Origin: Alphaproteobacteria bacterium
GTDB taxonomy: Bacteria; Pseudomonadota; Alphaproteobacteria; Rickettsiales; JABCZZ01
Reading direction: 5' to 3'
Length of the DNA stretch: 59,430 nt
NCBI GenBank assembly: GCA_013286285.1
Contig: JABDGA010000004.1
Coordinates: 1 to 59,430, forward strand
Part shown: one piece after another, positions 48,273 to 59,430 of the stretch
Layout of the letters: every line of letters starts with the position of its first letter
Position numbering within the stretch: position 1 is the stretch's first letter
Program-made: the position numbers and the translations under genes
The notes under the pieces: model-generated
What the model saw: the letters and a program-made list of their open reading frames with translations, nothing else
Database searches by the model: none
What the model was told of the DNA's origin: nothing

Positions 48273-51200
48273 GCTTTCCTCTCTCCATTGCGCCGCCTTC
48301 TGCGTTCATGAATCAGACAGAAAACGGCGGGCACAAAAAACAGCGTCGACAGGGTAGCAAAGGTGAGCCCGCCGATGACCGCGCGCCCCAGCGGCGCGTT
48401 CTGCTCACCCCCTTCGCCAAATCCCAGCGCCATCGGCACCATGCCGATGATCATCGCCAGCGCCGTCATGACGACCGGGCGCAGGCGCGTATATCCCGCC
48501 TCAAGCGATGCCGTGACCGCATCATCGCCATGCGCCATCCGTTCACGCGCGAAGCTGACGATGAGAATACTGTTTGCCGTCGCCACCCCCATACACATGA
48601 TGGCGCCGGTAAGCGCCGGAACGCTCAAGGTCGTATGCGTCAAAAACAACATCCAGACAATACCTGCAATCGCCGCAGGCAGCGCGGTGATGATGATAAA
48701 CGGATCGGTCCAGGACTGGAAATTCACCACAATGAGCAGGTATACCAGTAGTATCGCAAAGGCCAGTCCGCCATAGAGTCCCGCAAAAGATTTTTCACGC
48801 GTCTGCATCTGCCCGCGTGCAACGACTCTGGCACCCTTAGGCACTTCTTTCGCTGTATCGCGGAGGATTGTATCAATATCATCCCCTACCCCCCCCCAGA
48901 TCGCGATCCTGCACCGACGCGAAAATATCGATCATCGGCTGCACGTTGTAATGCGAAACCACTGCCTCACCCGTATCGCGGCGGACGCTGGAAAGCGCGC
49001 CAAGCAGCTGAGGCGGCGCACCTGCCGAGCCGGTAATGGGAATATTGCGCAAATCGTCTATGGATTCCAGATCATATTGCGGCGTCTGCGTTACCACGGA
49101 ATAAGATACGCCGTTCTTCGGATTGAGCCAGAACGAAGGCGATGTCTGAAAGCTGCCGGAAAGGGAGATCAGCATGCTGCTCGCCACATCGCGCTGGGTA
49201 AGCCCCAACTCCTGTGCTCGCGTCCGATCCACATCCACCATCAGTTCGGGATTGTTAAACACCTGCTGTATGCGGCTGTCTGCAATTCCTGGAATATGCC
49301 GTATCTTTTCGTACAGCATATTGGCGTATTTACGGTTGGCATCCGCGTTGAACCCCATCACCTGGATGTCAATCGGCGACGGTAGGCCGAAATTGAGTAT
49401 CTGGCTCACGATATCGGCGGGAAGGAACGAAAAATTTACTCCCGGCATCGCCTTGGGCAATTCCGCGCGCAGAATGCGGATATAGTCGAAGGTTGAATGA
49501 TGGTGCGGCGTAAGTGAAATCAGTATGTCGGCATCGCCACTGCCAGTGGTCGCCGAATTGCTGTAGGAAAGGTTAGTGCCGCTGATCGGCAACCCGACAT
49601 TATCCACCACCCGCGCCAACTCATGCTCCGGGATGATACGGCGGATTTGCGCATCGACGTCCTCACATATCTTGGCGGTCTCTTCCACACGGGTGCCGGG
49701 ATGGGCGCGGACATGGAGCTTGATTTCGCCGCCATCCACACTCGGAAAAAAGTCAGAACCCAGCCATGGTGCCAGCAGCAGGATGGAAATCACAATGAAG
49801 GCGAGGAAAACACCAAGAAAGACGCCACGGTGATGCAATGCCGATTCCAGCGCCTGATGGTATCTATCGCGCAGCAGCGCGAATTGATGCTCGAAGGCGA
49901 GTTGGACACGCATCAACCTGCCGAGACGCTTTTGTTGTTTTTCCATATCATGCAGGGTTTCATGCGCATGGAGCATGTATTTAGCCAGCGTCGGCACCAG
50001 CGTGCGCGAGAGGATATAGGAAGCAAGCATGGCGAACACCACCGCTTCCGCCATCGGTACAAACAGGAACTTCGCAACGCCGCTCAAGAAAAACATCGGC
50101 ACGAACACAATGCAGATGCAGAGCGTCGAAACCAGCGCCGGTATGGCAATCTGCTGCGCGCCGTCCAGGATCGCCTCCTCCACTTCCTTGCCTTGCTCTA
50201 GATGCCAGTTGATGTTTTCAATTGCGACTGTCGCGTCATCCACCAGAATGCCGACCGCAAGCGCAAGCCCGCCAAGCGTCATGATATTGATGGTCTGGCC
50301 AAACGCAGCAAGCGCGATAATCGAAGCCAGGACCGAAAGCGGGATGGAGATGGTGATGATAAGTGTGCTGCGCCAGCTACCCAGAAACAATAGAATCATG
50401 AGACCGGTAAGCACCGCGGCGATGACGCCCTCGCGGATAACGCCGTCAATCGCCGCACGCACGAATAGGGATTGATCGCTGATGGCATCCAGGTTGACTT
50501 CCGGAGGAATCATATCCTTGAGACGCGGCACTAACGCCTTGATCCGGTCAATAATATCAAGCGTCGAGGCATTGCCGGTTTTCAAAATAGACATCAGCAT
50601 AGCGCGGTGGCCATCCATATCCACAATATTGGTTTGCGGCGCGAACCCATTGCGTACATGCGCCACATCACGAATATAAATGGTCGTGCCGTTTGCCGCC
50701 TTCAGCGGCAGGTCGTTCAGCTCCTCCGCATTGAGCGGGCTGGCATTGAGCTTGACGATGTATTCATATTCACCGATTTTCTCCGTACCTGCCGGCAGTA
50801 TAAGGTTCTGGGCGCCGATGGCATTGCTGATATCCTGTGCCGAGACGCCGTATGCCTGCATGGCCCGCTGGTTCAGATCCACCTGAATCTGCGGATTCTT
50901 ACCGCCGTAAGGATACGGCATCGCTGCCCCGTGTATGGTGGCAAGCTGTGTACGAATAATATTATTGCCAAAGTCAAACAGCTCTTGCTCGGAATATTTC
51001 ATGCTGGACATCGCCAACTGGATAACCGGGACCGTAGAGGCATTATAGCTTAAAATCAGCGGCGGCACCGTACCGGGCGGGAAATTACGCAATATCGTTT
51101 GTGAGACGGCAGTCACTTGGGCGAGCGCTATATCAATATTGGCGCCGGGCTGGAAAAATATCTTGGTCACGGAAACGCCCTGCAGGGACTGGGATTCAGT

Positions 51201-51440
51201 ATGCTCGATGTCATTGACGGCCACAGAGAGCGCACGCTCGAAATTGCCAGTGATACGCATGCTCATCTCGTCCGGCGGCAGGCCGCTGTAGCTCCAAACC
51301 ACGCTGACTACCGGGATACCGATATTGGGAAATATATCTATCGGCGTGCTTGCAATCGTCAGCGGACCTAGTATCAGCAGCAACAACGCCAGCACGATGA
51401 ATGTATAAGGCCGCGTAAGCGCTATTTTTACGATCCACAT
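48269..51440 (-). pseudogene. RND (AcrB-family) permease with a frameshift in a G9 tract
   Basis: GILVDDA and RLRPVVMT motifs lie in two ORFs; removing one G at 48889-48897 gives continuous DLGGVGDDIDTILRDTAKEVPKG. Confidence 0.88.
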
Positions 51441-51898
51441 TTGTTATCACCGCAGATCGTTGCATTTAACTTCGTCAAAAGCCTTACCAGGGTATCCGCT
51501 TCTTCCTGGGTAAAATCTTTCAACCAATGATTATATTTCTGCACCACCAGGGGAATCACCGATTCGGCAGTGGCATTGCCGCGCGCCAGCAGCCGCAACC
51601 TGACTACCCGCCGGTCACGCGTGCTGCGCTGCCGCTTAATCAGTTTCTTCTTCTCCAGGCTGTCGATAACACGGGTAATAGCCCCACTATCGTAACGCAG
51701 AGTCTGACAGAGATCCGCACTGGTGAATGCCAGTTTCTCACGCAGGAGCATCAGAATGATATATTGAATGAAAGTAATGTCGCTATCGGCGAACTGACCT
51801 TCCACCTGCGACATAAGCAAGTTACTGCCATGACGGATCAGATACCCAATGCTGCGCCGGGCGCTATAATCTTCTGCATTGTAATAATGCTCCACCAT
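51428..51898 (-). CDS. MarR-family regulator
   Basis: DSGAITRVIDSLEKK, DRRVVRL; heads the efflux operon. Confidence 0.9.
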   Translation of the reverse strand: MVEHYYNAEDYSARRSIGYLIRHGSNLLMSQVEGQFADSDITFIQYIILMLLREKLAFTSADLCQTLRYDSGAITRVIDSLEKKKLIKRQRSTRDRRVVRLRLLARGNATAESVIPLVVQKYNHWLKDFTQEEADTLVRLLTKLNATICGDNKCGS

Positions 51899-52369
51899 AT
51901 CCTCTCACCTGCCTTAACAGTATCTGCTTAGGCAGGCAATATAACAAAAATCCATAATTTTGTCTATATTTGTTAATAAAGCTATTTCCCACTTGAAGGG
52001 GGAACGATAGAAAATAACGGAGTTACAATGGAATTGGTAACCACCAATGCGGTGCTTTTTGCTATGAAAAGAATACCAAAACGTGTAATTGAGAACTTAT
52101 CCCGATTGAATATTAATATAAATTAGCTTATAATTTAATCGTTTACTCTAGAAGTTTGTTTAGTTATGACGATAGAATTTAAGGTTGTCAGGCAAATTTT
52201 CTAAAAGGAACGGAGGTTAGATTCTATGTCGTCTTTAGTAAGGTTGAAAGACGGAACTCAAGAGGATGAGAAAATCGTGGAGATGACCACACAAAATCTG
52301 AAGGTTTTGTACAATTCCAACGATATGGCAGAATTATCAGCGTTACTGCTTTTAATTGAGGCTGCTCGC

Positions 52370-53662
52370 CATGGCAATTGCATTTGGGTCACATGTTTTG
52401 AGATAGGGTTAGCTTACTCGTTCTAATAGTTTAATTTTTCTTAACAGGAACTCAAATTTTTCACTCTGATTGGGCGTAAATTCATTCAATCGGAGTATTA
52501 TCATGCCGTTATCGAAAGCATTCTTATCGTATTTTTCAGCTATAAAAGATCCCCGTGTTCCGGATCGCAACCTTCGTCACAAGCTTGAGGACATGTTTGC
52601 GATAGCGATACTGGGTGTAATCTGCGGTGCGGACAACTGGGTGGAGATAAGCAACTTTGGAGAGAGTAAAGAGGAGTGGCTGCGGGAGTTTCTGGAGCTT
52701 CCGGGCGGCATTCCGTCACATGATACGTTTGGCCGGGTATTCGCGTTACTGGATGCGGCTGTGTTTGAGCGCTGTTTCACGGAATGGGCGCATTCGCTGC
52801 CGGTGCTGATGGAAAGCGGGATGAAGAAAGAGATTATTGCCATTGACGGAAAGACGTCGCGCAGGTCTTACAACGAGCGCAAGGGGCAACATCCGCTGCA
52901 TCTGGTCAGCGCATGGGCATGTGAACAAGGTCTGGCGCTCGGGCAGGTCGCAACATCCGAAAAATCCAATGAGATTGAGGCCATACCCCGCCTGCTGAAA
53001 ATGATTGCCATCGAAAACAGCATTGTCACCATTGACGCCATGGGATGCCAGAAAGCCATCGCCCGCCAGATACGCGAACAAAAAGCCGATTACATCCTGA
53101 CGCTTAAAGATAACCATCCTTCCTTATCCTGGCTGGTGCAGTACGCCATCAAAACGGCGGAAAGCAAAACCTTTGAAGGCACGCCTTATCTGCGCCAGCT
53201 CGAAAAGGTGAGAGGTGAGCATGGGCGTATCGAAACAAGGCACTATACGCTGCTGTCCTGCGATAACTACCTGTTGACCAGAGCAAAATGGCCGGGTCTC
53301 CAAAGCATTGGCATGCTGGAAGTAAAGCGCACGGTAGATTATGTGACAACCCGCTCGGTACGTTTCTTCCTCACCTCGCTAAGCTACCGCCAGATGAAAG
53401 ACTTCATGCGTGGCGCGAGAGGGCACTGGAACATTGAAATCACCCCCCACTGGTCGCTCGACGTCAGCTTCGATGACGATCTCAACCGCACACGCTGCGG
53501 CAACGCTCAGGAAAACCTCTCCATTCTTAAACGCATCGCGCTCAACATGCTCAACAAGGAAAACTCCAAACTCGGCCTGAAAGCAAAGCGAAAAAAAGCA
53601 GGATGGGATTACAATTATCTTCACAAAATCATTGCATCATAAAACCAAATGCAATTGCCATG
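52370..53662 (+). mobile_element. ISAs1-family IS (1293 bp)
   Basis: Perfect 18-bp IRs CATGGCAATTGCATTTGG; 10-bp target duplication GGCTGCTCGC at 52360-69 and 53663-72. Confidence 0.95.
52503..53642 (+). CDS. ISAs1 transposase
   Basis: DPR, GIPSHDTF, IDGK, KSNEI, DAMGCQ, HGRIETR, HWNIE..HWSLDV. Confidence 0.95.
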   Translation: MPLSKAFLSYFSAIKDPRVPDRNLRHKLEDMFAIAILGVICGADNWVEISNFGESKEEWLREFLELPGGIPSHDTFGRVFALLDAAVFERCFTEWAHSLPVLMESGMKKEIIAIDGKTSRRSYNERKGQHPLHLVSAWACEQGLALGQVATSEKSNEIEAIPRLLKMIAIENSIVTIDAMGCQKAIARQIREQKADYILTLKDNHPSLSWLVQYAIKTAESKTFEGTPYLRQLEKVRGEHGRIETRHYTLLSCDNYLLTRAKWPGLQSIGMLEVKRTVDYVTTRSVRFFLTSLSYRQMKDFMRGARGHWNIEITPHWSLDVSFDDDLNRTRCGNAQENLSILKRIALNMLNKENSKLGLKAKRKKAGWDYNYLHKIIAS

Positions 53663-53864
53663 GGCTGCTCGCCAGGGAAGAAATAAGGTTAATAATTCTT
53701 CCGCAGTGGCAATCCTGTCTGCCAAAGCCCTTGTCCAACCAAACGGCACTATCAACACAACAATATTGAATATTGTGCGCTGTAGTTTTGAAGGCAACGG
53801 TCTGGCAATACAAATGGTTGATCCCATCGTATAATCAGACTGATCTTACTTCTATCCTATTAGT

Positions 53865-53891
53865 GGTAGTACTCCATAATGGAGTACTACC
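53865..53891. terminator. Hairpin between convergent genes
   Basis: GGTAGTACTCCA-TAA-TGGAGTACTACC. Confidence 0.5.
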
Positions 53892-53920
53892 TTATAGATA
53901 AATGGACTTAAAGCTCATAT

Positions 53921-54880
53921 TCAGGCAAACGCCTCTTCCCATGTGCCAGTGGTGGCAGCTTTGGTATATTCAGTGACGCGGTTTTCGAAGAAGTTGGTAT
54001 GCTCGACGCCGTTGAGGATTTCGTCCATCCAGGGCAGCGGGTTGCGGCTTACCTTATAGAGCGGGTCAAGGCCGAGCTGGAGCAAGCGGCGATCCGCAAT
54101 ATAGCGTATATACATCTTCACTTCTTCGGCAGTCAGCCCTTCAATGCCGCCAACACCGAATGCCAACTGGATAAAATTATCCTCCAAGCCGACGATGGTA
54201 TCGCAGATCTTGTAGAGATCCACCTTGAGCGCTTCCTGGTTGATTTCCGGGTTTTCGGACACGAAGGTCTTGAACAACCGAATGACGGATTCCGTATGCA
54301 ACGTCTCGTCACGCGCCGACCAGGCAATAATCTGCCCCATGCCGCGCATCTTGCCGAAACGCTGAAAGTTCAGCAATATGGCAAAGGACGCAAAAAGCTG
54401 CAACCCTTCGGTGAAGGCGCCGAACGCCGCCAGCGTGCGCGCTATATCGTCATTAGTATCCGTGCTGAACTGTTGCATGTAGTCGTACTTATCTTTCATT
54501 TCCTTATATTTAAGGAATGCCTGGTATTCATCGTCCGGCAGGCCGAGCGTATCCATGAGGTGCGAATAGGCAGCAATATGAATAGTCTCCATATTGGAGA
54601 AGGCTGAAAGCATCATCTGCACTTCCGTCGGCTTGAACACCTTGGAGTAATGCTTCATGTAGCAGTTATTCACCTCGATATCCGACTGGGTAAAGAAGCG
54701 GAAAATCTGGGTAAGCAGATGCTTCTCTTCCGGCTTCAGCGTGGTCTTCCAGTCTTTTACATCGTCGGCAAGCGGCACTTCCTCCGGCAGCCAATGGATG
54801 CGCTGCTGCATCAGCCAGGCTTCATAGGCCCACGGATAGGCAAAGGGTTTGTAGATATGTTTCGCATCAAGCAGGGACAT
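53921..54880 (-). CDS. nrdB: Class I ribonucleotide reductase beta subunit
   Basis: HWLPEEV, FFTQSD, ETIHIAAYS (radical Tyr), EGLQLF, RDETLH, NFFE. Confidence 0.95.
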   Translation of the reverse strand: MSLLDAKHIYKPFAYPWAYEAWLMQQRIHWLPEEVPLADDVKDWKTTLKPEEKHLLTQIFRFFTQSDIEVNNCYMKHYSKVFKPTEVQMMLSAFSNMETIHIAAYSHLMDTLGLPDDEYQAFLKYKEMKDKYDYMQQFSTDTNDDIARTLAAFGAFTEGLQLFASFAILLNFQRFGKMRGMGQIIAWSARDETLHTESVIRLFKTFVSENPEINQEALKVDLYKICDTIVGLEDNFIQLAFGVGGIEGLTAEEVKMYIRYIADRRLLQLGLDPLYKVSRNPLPWMDEILNGVEHTNFFENRVTEYTKAATTGTWEEAFA

Positions 54881-54919
54881 AGGTACTCCAGTGATTAAAT
54901 TTTACTTTTCGATAGATAG

Positions 54920-55534
54920 CTAGATAGCCTGCCTTACGCCAAAAACGATAAGAAACATCCCGCATGTCCGCTCAATACCCGATTTTATCCGCCGATAGAA
55001 AGTAGAAAAATAGGCCATAGACAATACCATGGCGACGAAACCATACCATAAAGAGGAAACGCACATCACCACCGCTACGAGCAGCAATAATGTATTCACA
55101 TCGGTGTGGGCCGGGATGGATGTAGAAAATATCGACGCATAAAACGCCATGGATTTTGGGTTGGACAGGTTAGTCAATACGCCCGCTTTCCAGGCATGCG
55201 CTAATCCTGCACGTGTCACGATGGAGGATTTTTCCGGCAACGGTTTCCCGGCATGCTTAACAAGCCGAAAGCCAAACCACATTAAATAGGCAGCCCCCAT
55301 GATTTTCACTGCCCAGAACAACCAAGGAAACAGGGTAAATACCATTCTGATTCCAAAAAGAGCCGCAGAGGCCCATAACGTATTCACCAGAACAATTCCG
55401 GCTACCAGCATCAAGGCTTCTAGCCGTGTTGCAGTTACTGCCTTATGGCTCACCGCAACAAACGAAGGACCTGGACTCATCACTCCCGCCGCGCATATCA
55501 CTGCAGAAGATAGAAGGACGGAATATTCAATCAT
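54920..55534 (-). CDS. LysE/RhtB family exporter
   Basis: SPGP, GAAYLMW, TNLSNPK. Confidence 0.9.
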   Translation of the reverse strand: MIEYSVLLSSAVICAAGVMSPGPSFVAVSHKAVTATRLEALMLVAGIVLVNTLWASAALFGIRMVFTLFPWLFWAVKIMGAAYLMWFGFRLVKHAGKPLPEKSSIVTRAGLAHAWKAGVLTNLSNPKSMAFYASIFSTSIPAHTDVNTLLLLVAVVMCVSSLWYGFVAMVLSMAYFSTFYRRIKSGIERTCGMFLIVFGVRQAI

Positions 55535-55563
55535 ACGCTCATACTTGCATAAGAAATTATTTT

Positions 55564-55944
55564 TCAGTTAGGGCCAGCGATCAGATCCTCTGCGCCGAAT
55601 ACCGGCTGTTCGAGCTTGCGGATATGCTGCTCTATATTTTTGCGCTGAAACTCACTCAGGAAAGGCGATTCGGCATCCTCGGTGTAAATAGCGGCGTACA
55701 GCATGCCGCCCAGCGCATTGCGGCGCCATAAGGTGCGGCGGTCATGGTTCAGCACACAGAACCGCACATTATCCGATTCACTGACATCAAGCACAAAGGG
55801 CAGCTTGAAATCCTGCGTGGCGACGACAAACACGCCGGGCTTCTCTTCCAGTTCATGCGGGCTTGAAAACCAGCCGGAGACTTTATAGTCCCAGCGGGTA
55901 AACATCCGTTCTTCCGTACGCGGTGCAAGTTTTGTCGCCATCAC
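55564..55944 (-). CDS. Hypothetical protein, degenerate GIY-YIG-like
   Basis: PGVFVV..LDVSES.NV...LNH....IEQHI...P spacing resembles GIY-YIG; GGAG RBS. Confidence 0.55.
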   Translation of the reverse strand: MMATKLAPRTEERMFTRWDYKVSGWFSSPHELEEKPGVFVVATQDFKLPFVLDVSESDNVRFCVLNHDRRTLWRRNALGGMLYAAIYTEDAESPFLSEFQRKNIEQHIRKLEQPVFGAEDLIAGPN

Positions 55945-55990
55945 TTTTCTCCGTTCTTATTGATAATACTACCTGACTTACAGGCCCATT

Positions 55991-57811
55991 TTATTGACAA
56001 GCCAGGCACTCTTCATACTTGTCGCCCGTATACATCGCCGCCACCGGCTGCGGCTTCTTGATGAGCGACATCTCAAGCTGGATACCGTTCGCCGCCACTT
56101 TGTGCGACACCTTCTCGGCACGCTGCATGGAGGTCGACCGGCAGTAATAAAGGCTCTTCATGCCCTTTTTCCAGGCATTGAAATGCAACAGGTGCAGATC
56201 GCGCTTGCTGATGGCAGGGGAGAGGAAGAGGTTGACGGACTGCGACTGGCAGACATACGGCGTGCGATCGGCAGCATGTTCCAGTATCCAGCGCTGATCG
56301 ATTTCCGGCGCGGTTTTAAATACCAGCTTCTCTTCTTCGCTCAGGAACGCAAGATGCTGCACCGACCCTTCATGCGAAGAAATCGAACTCCAGACATCCT
56401 CATCATTAAACCCATATTGCTCCAGAATCTTTATCAAATGCTTGTTGCGCACATTAAACGAGCCCGACAGGGTTTTCTGGGTGAAGCTATTGGCCGCATA
56501 GGGCTCAACCCCCGGCGATGAATTGCCGGCAATAATAGAAATAGACGCGGTCGGCGCAATCGCCAGCTTGTTGCTGAAGCGCTCCATCACACCGCAATCG
56601 GCGGCATCCGGGCAGGCGCCGCGCTCTTCGGCGAGTTTCTTCGACGCCGCATCCACGGCGGCACGGATATGGACAAATATTTTCTTGTTCCACACCTTCG
56701 CGATCACCGACTCAAACGGGATCATCTTGCTCTGCAAGTAGGAATGAAAGCCCATGACTCCCAGCCCCACGCTGCGCTCGCGCATGGCCGAATAACGCGC
56801 CCGCGCCATGCTGTCCGGTGCAGTCTTGATGAAATCTTCCAGCACATTATCAAGGAAGCGCATGACATCCTCAATGAACTGCGGCTCATTCACCCATTCA
56901 TCATACGTCTCCAGGTTCAGCGACGACAGGCAGCATACCGCCGTGCGTTCTTTTTCTAGATGATCCGGCCCGGTCGGCAGTGTTATCTCGCTGCAAAGGT
57001 TAGACGTTTTCACCTTCAGCCCCAGTTCCTTATGATGATCCGGAATGCCCCGGTTGACATTGTCGATAAACAGCAGGTACGGCTCGCCTGTTTCTACCCG
57101 TGCGGTCAGCAGCTTAATCCATAAGTCGCGCGCCTTCACGGTAGAAATCACCTGCTTGCTTTTCGGACTCAGCAGATCCCATGGTTCATCTTTCTCAACG
57201 GCTTCCATGAATGCATCGGATACGGCCACACCATGATGAATATTGAGCGCCTTGCGATTGGGATCGCCACCGGTTGGACGGCGTATGTCAATGAATTCCT
57301 CAATTTCCGGATGATCGATCGGCATGTATACCGCCGAACTGCCGCGACGCAAGCTTCCTTGCGAAATTGCAAGCGTCAGCGAGTCCTGCACACGCATGAA
57401 CGGCACTACACCCGAAGTCTTGCCATTACCACGAACCTTCTCGCCGATGGAGCGCAGATTGCCCCAATAGCTCCCGATGCCGCCGCCGCGCGCTGCCAGC
57501 CAGACATTTTCATTCCACAAATCCACGATGCCTTCCAGGCTGTCGCGGGTTTCATTCAGAAAGCAGGAAATTGGCAGACCGCGGTTACTGCCGCCGTTGG
57601 AGAGAATCGGCGTCGCCGGCATGAACCACAGATTGCTGATATAATGATAGAGCCGCTCCGAATGGGCGAAATCATCCGCATAATATTTAGCGACGCGCGC
57701 AAACATATCCTGAAAGCTCTCGCCTTCCAGCAAATAGCGATCTTTCATGGTCGCCTTGCCGAAGTGGGTGAGCCTGCTGTCGCGCGAACTGTCGGTCTGG
57801 ATCTGCTGCAT
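55991..57811 (-). CDS. nrdA: Class I ribonucleotide reductase alpha subunit (no ATP-cone)
   Basis: PATP, PISCF, SNLCSEI, VCCL, APTAS, KSLYY, C-terminal CLAC. Confidence 0.95.
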   Translation of the reverse strand: MQQIQTDSSRDSRLTHFGKATMKDRYLLEGESFQDMFARVAKYYADDFAHSERLYHYISNLWFMPATPILSNGGSNRGLPISCFLNETRDSLEGIVDLWNENVWLAARGGGIGSYWGNLRSIGEKVRGNGKTSGVVPFMRVQDSLTLAISQGSLRRGSSAVYMPIDHPEIEEFIDIRRPTGGDPNRKALNIHHGVAVSDAFMEAVEKDEPWDLLSPKSKQVISTVKARDLWIKLLTARVETGEPYLLFIDNVNRGIPDHHKELGLKVKTSNLCSEITLPTGPDHLEKERTAVCCLSSLNLETYDEWVNEPQFIEDVMRFLDNVLEDFIKTAPDSMARARYSAMRERSVGLGVMGFHSYLQSKMIPFESVIAKVWNKKIFVHIRAAVDAASKKLAEERGACPDAADCGVMERFSNKLAIAPTASISIIAGNSSPGVEPYAANSFTQKTLSGSFNVRNKHLIKILEQYGFNDEDVWSSISSHEGSVQHLAFLSEEEKLVFKTAPEIDQRWILEHAADRTPYVCQSQSVNLFLSPAISKRDLHLLHFNAWKKGMKSLYYCRSTSMQRAEKVSHKVAANGIQLEMSLIKKPQPVAAMYTGDKYEECLACQ

Positions 57812-57886
57812 AAATCTCCCTTGGACGATGACTAAAGTTTATCGAATTATCCCTATTAAATAATCTTATAGTCACCTGCCCATAAA

Positions 57887-57933
57887 TGTCAATATCTAGC
57901 GCAACACACCCTTATTAACACAATATATAGTGG
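57887..57933. promoter_or_regulatory. Tandem NrdR boxes
   Basis: ACACAATATATAGTGG (57918-33) and TGTCAATATCTAGCGC (57887-902), 31 bp apart, upstream of nrdA. Confidence 0.8.
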
Positions 57934-58294
57934 TTCACAGCATAAACTGCCATTCAAATCAAATCCTTTTTTTCAATTTTCATGGGGACTCAATTGATTG
58001 CACATATTTCTTGCAACGACACCCCTATGGCAGAAAAGGGGTATAGCACGATTGATATGCGATTACAATATTTTTTAAACTTCCCTTGACCGTGACATTA
58101 CAGCAACTACAACAAATACTTTCCGGCACATCCAAATATTGTTATACTATATTGATTTTTAAAAATTATCCGTCATAAAAACTACACTGACCAACTCTAT
58201 AGAAAGCGCTTATACGCATCTGCCTAGGTGCCGTTAAGGCTAATAAAAGCCCTGTTGCCAAGCAGTGGGAGACATCGCATCCCATAACTTTCAT

Positions 58295-59119
58295 CTAAGC
58301 CAACGTTTTGGCCAGAAATTTATTCATCCGCAATGAGAATAGGGATGGATCGGCAACTTCCTCGCCCTGCATGATTTTCGCCTGATCAAGCAGCAGAAAG
58401 CTGATGTCACGCACCACCACATCCTCCTCGGTCGCGCCCTGCTTCACTTTACCGGCAAGATATTGAATCACATTATGCTCGGGGTTAATCTCCAGAATCT
58501 TGGAAGTGGTGGTGTTAAGCTGTTTCTGTTCACGCAGGAACCGTTCCAGCCGTATATCCATCGCCCCTTCCTCCACCGCCAGACAAACTGCGCTTTCCGA
58601 CAGCTTATGCGTAACACGCACGTTTTTCACTTCCGCTCCGTATACTTTTTTCAGCACAGCAATCAGCGGCTCCATTTCCGGTTTTTCCGTCTCCCGCTTT
58701 TCTTCCGGCGCGACGCTGCCTTCAATCTTATCCAGCTCCGCGTTGCTACGCGTCACGGATAAAAACGGCTTCTCCTTATACATATGCACCACATTGACCC
58801 AGAAATCGTCCACATGATCGGCAAACAGTAATACTTCCACGCCGCGTTTTTTAAATCCTTCCAACTGCGGGCTGCGCCGGAGGCTTTCAATATTATCCCC
58901 CGTGAGGTAGAAAATATGCTCCTGCCCCGGCTTCATGCGCCCGATATATTCGTTCAGACTTACCAGCGTATCCCCTTCCGTACTGTAGAAACGGCAAGCT
59001 TCCAGAATCTGCTCCTTGGGCGATATGGCCTCACATAGCCCTTCCTTCAGGACCGCACCGAAATTCTTCCAGAACACCCCATAGGTATCCGGTTCCTTCT
59101 CCGCTTTCTTGATAAGTTC
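58295..59119 (-). pseudogene. htpG: HtpG (Hsp90), C-terminal part
   Basis: [32 protein letters not shown]. Confidence 0.9.
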
Positions 59120-59430
59120 CGCCTGAAGCATATTGCCCAGACCTATTCCGATCATATTGCCTTCCCAATCGAATATGTCGATGAAGATGGGCAGGCGGAG
59201 ACCATCAATAAAGGCTCGGCGCTATGGATGCGCCCAAAATCGGAAATTACGGAAGAACAATATAAGGAGTTCTACCACCATATCGCCCATTCGCCTGATA
59301 CGCCCTGGATGACGCTGCATAACAAGGCGGAAGGGAAGGTGGAATATACCAACCTGTTATTTATTCCTTCCGTCCAGCCATTCGATCTCTTCCATCCCGA
59401 TCGCAAGCGCCGCGTGAAGCTCTATGTAAA
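59105..59430 (+). pseudogene. htpG: HtpG middle segment in the opposite orientation (runs off window)
   Basis: Own translation [54 protein letters not shown]. Confidence 0.9.

Larger units (their letters stand above)
52226..53834 (+). pseudogene. 101-aa hypothetical gene interrupted by ISAs1
   Basis: 52226-52369 joins 53673-53834 in frame once the IS and one target duplication are removed; GGAGG RBS. Confidence 0.75.

Noticed and set aside
59120-59155. [11 protein letters not shown] as the start of a separate short HtpG
   Set aside because: It is the antisense reading of the inverted htpG segment

Overview
Chromosomal window of an alphaproteobacterium. A stand-alone 16S gene ending GGATTACCTCCTT and several families of Rickettsia-palindromic-element (RPE)-like repeats suggest an environmental Rickettsiales-like lineage (inference). 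Left to right: small general-stress-type genes; a patatin/adc/bdhA cluster; a stressosome operon (rsbR-S-T-X plus two hybrid kinases); an EndoQ(PHP)-UvrD fusion; a CxxC/RAPP leader peptide with a Zur-like box ahead of a TonB-dependent receptor; a piuA(fiu)-piuC-piuB locus whose receptor is fused to a T1SS ABC fragment; a 3339-aa repeat adhesin with a CtrA box; a two-component pair; a ~4.6-kb island at tRNA-Ser(UGA) carrying an uncharacterised TM + ADP-ribosyltransferase-like operon and IS1595 remnants; a SET protein; an IS110 inserted in a C4/CI-like antisense RNA; 16S rRNA; a MarR-RND efflux operon; ISAs1; nrdAB with NrdR boxes; and an internally inverted htpG. The best result is the IS110: its bridge RNA can be read by eye (donor guides match the element ends, target guides match a GNRA hairpin of the C4-like RNA, CT core). 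The best candidate for a new system is the three-gene island operon. Several junction anomalies may be assembly artefacts. All family assignments come from motif recognition by eye, not from database searches.
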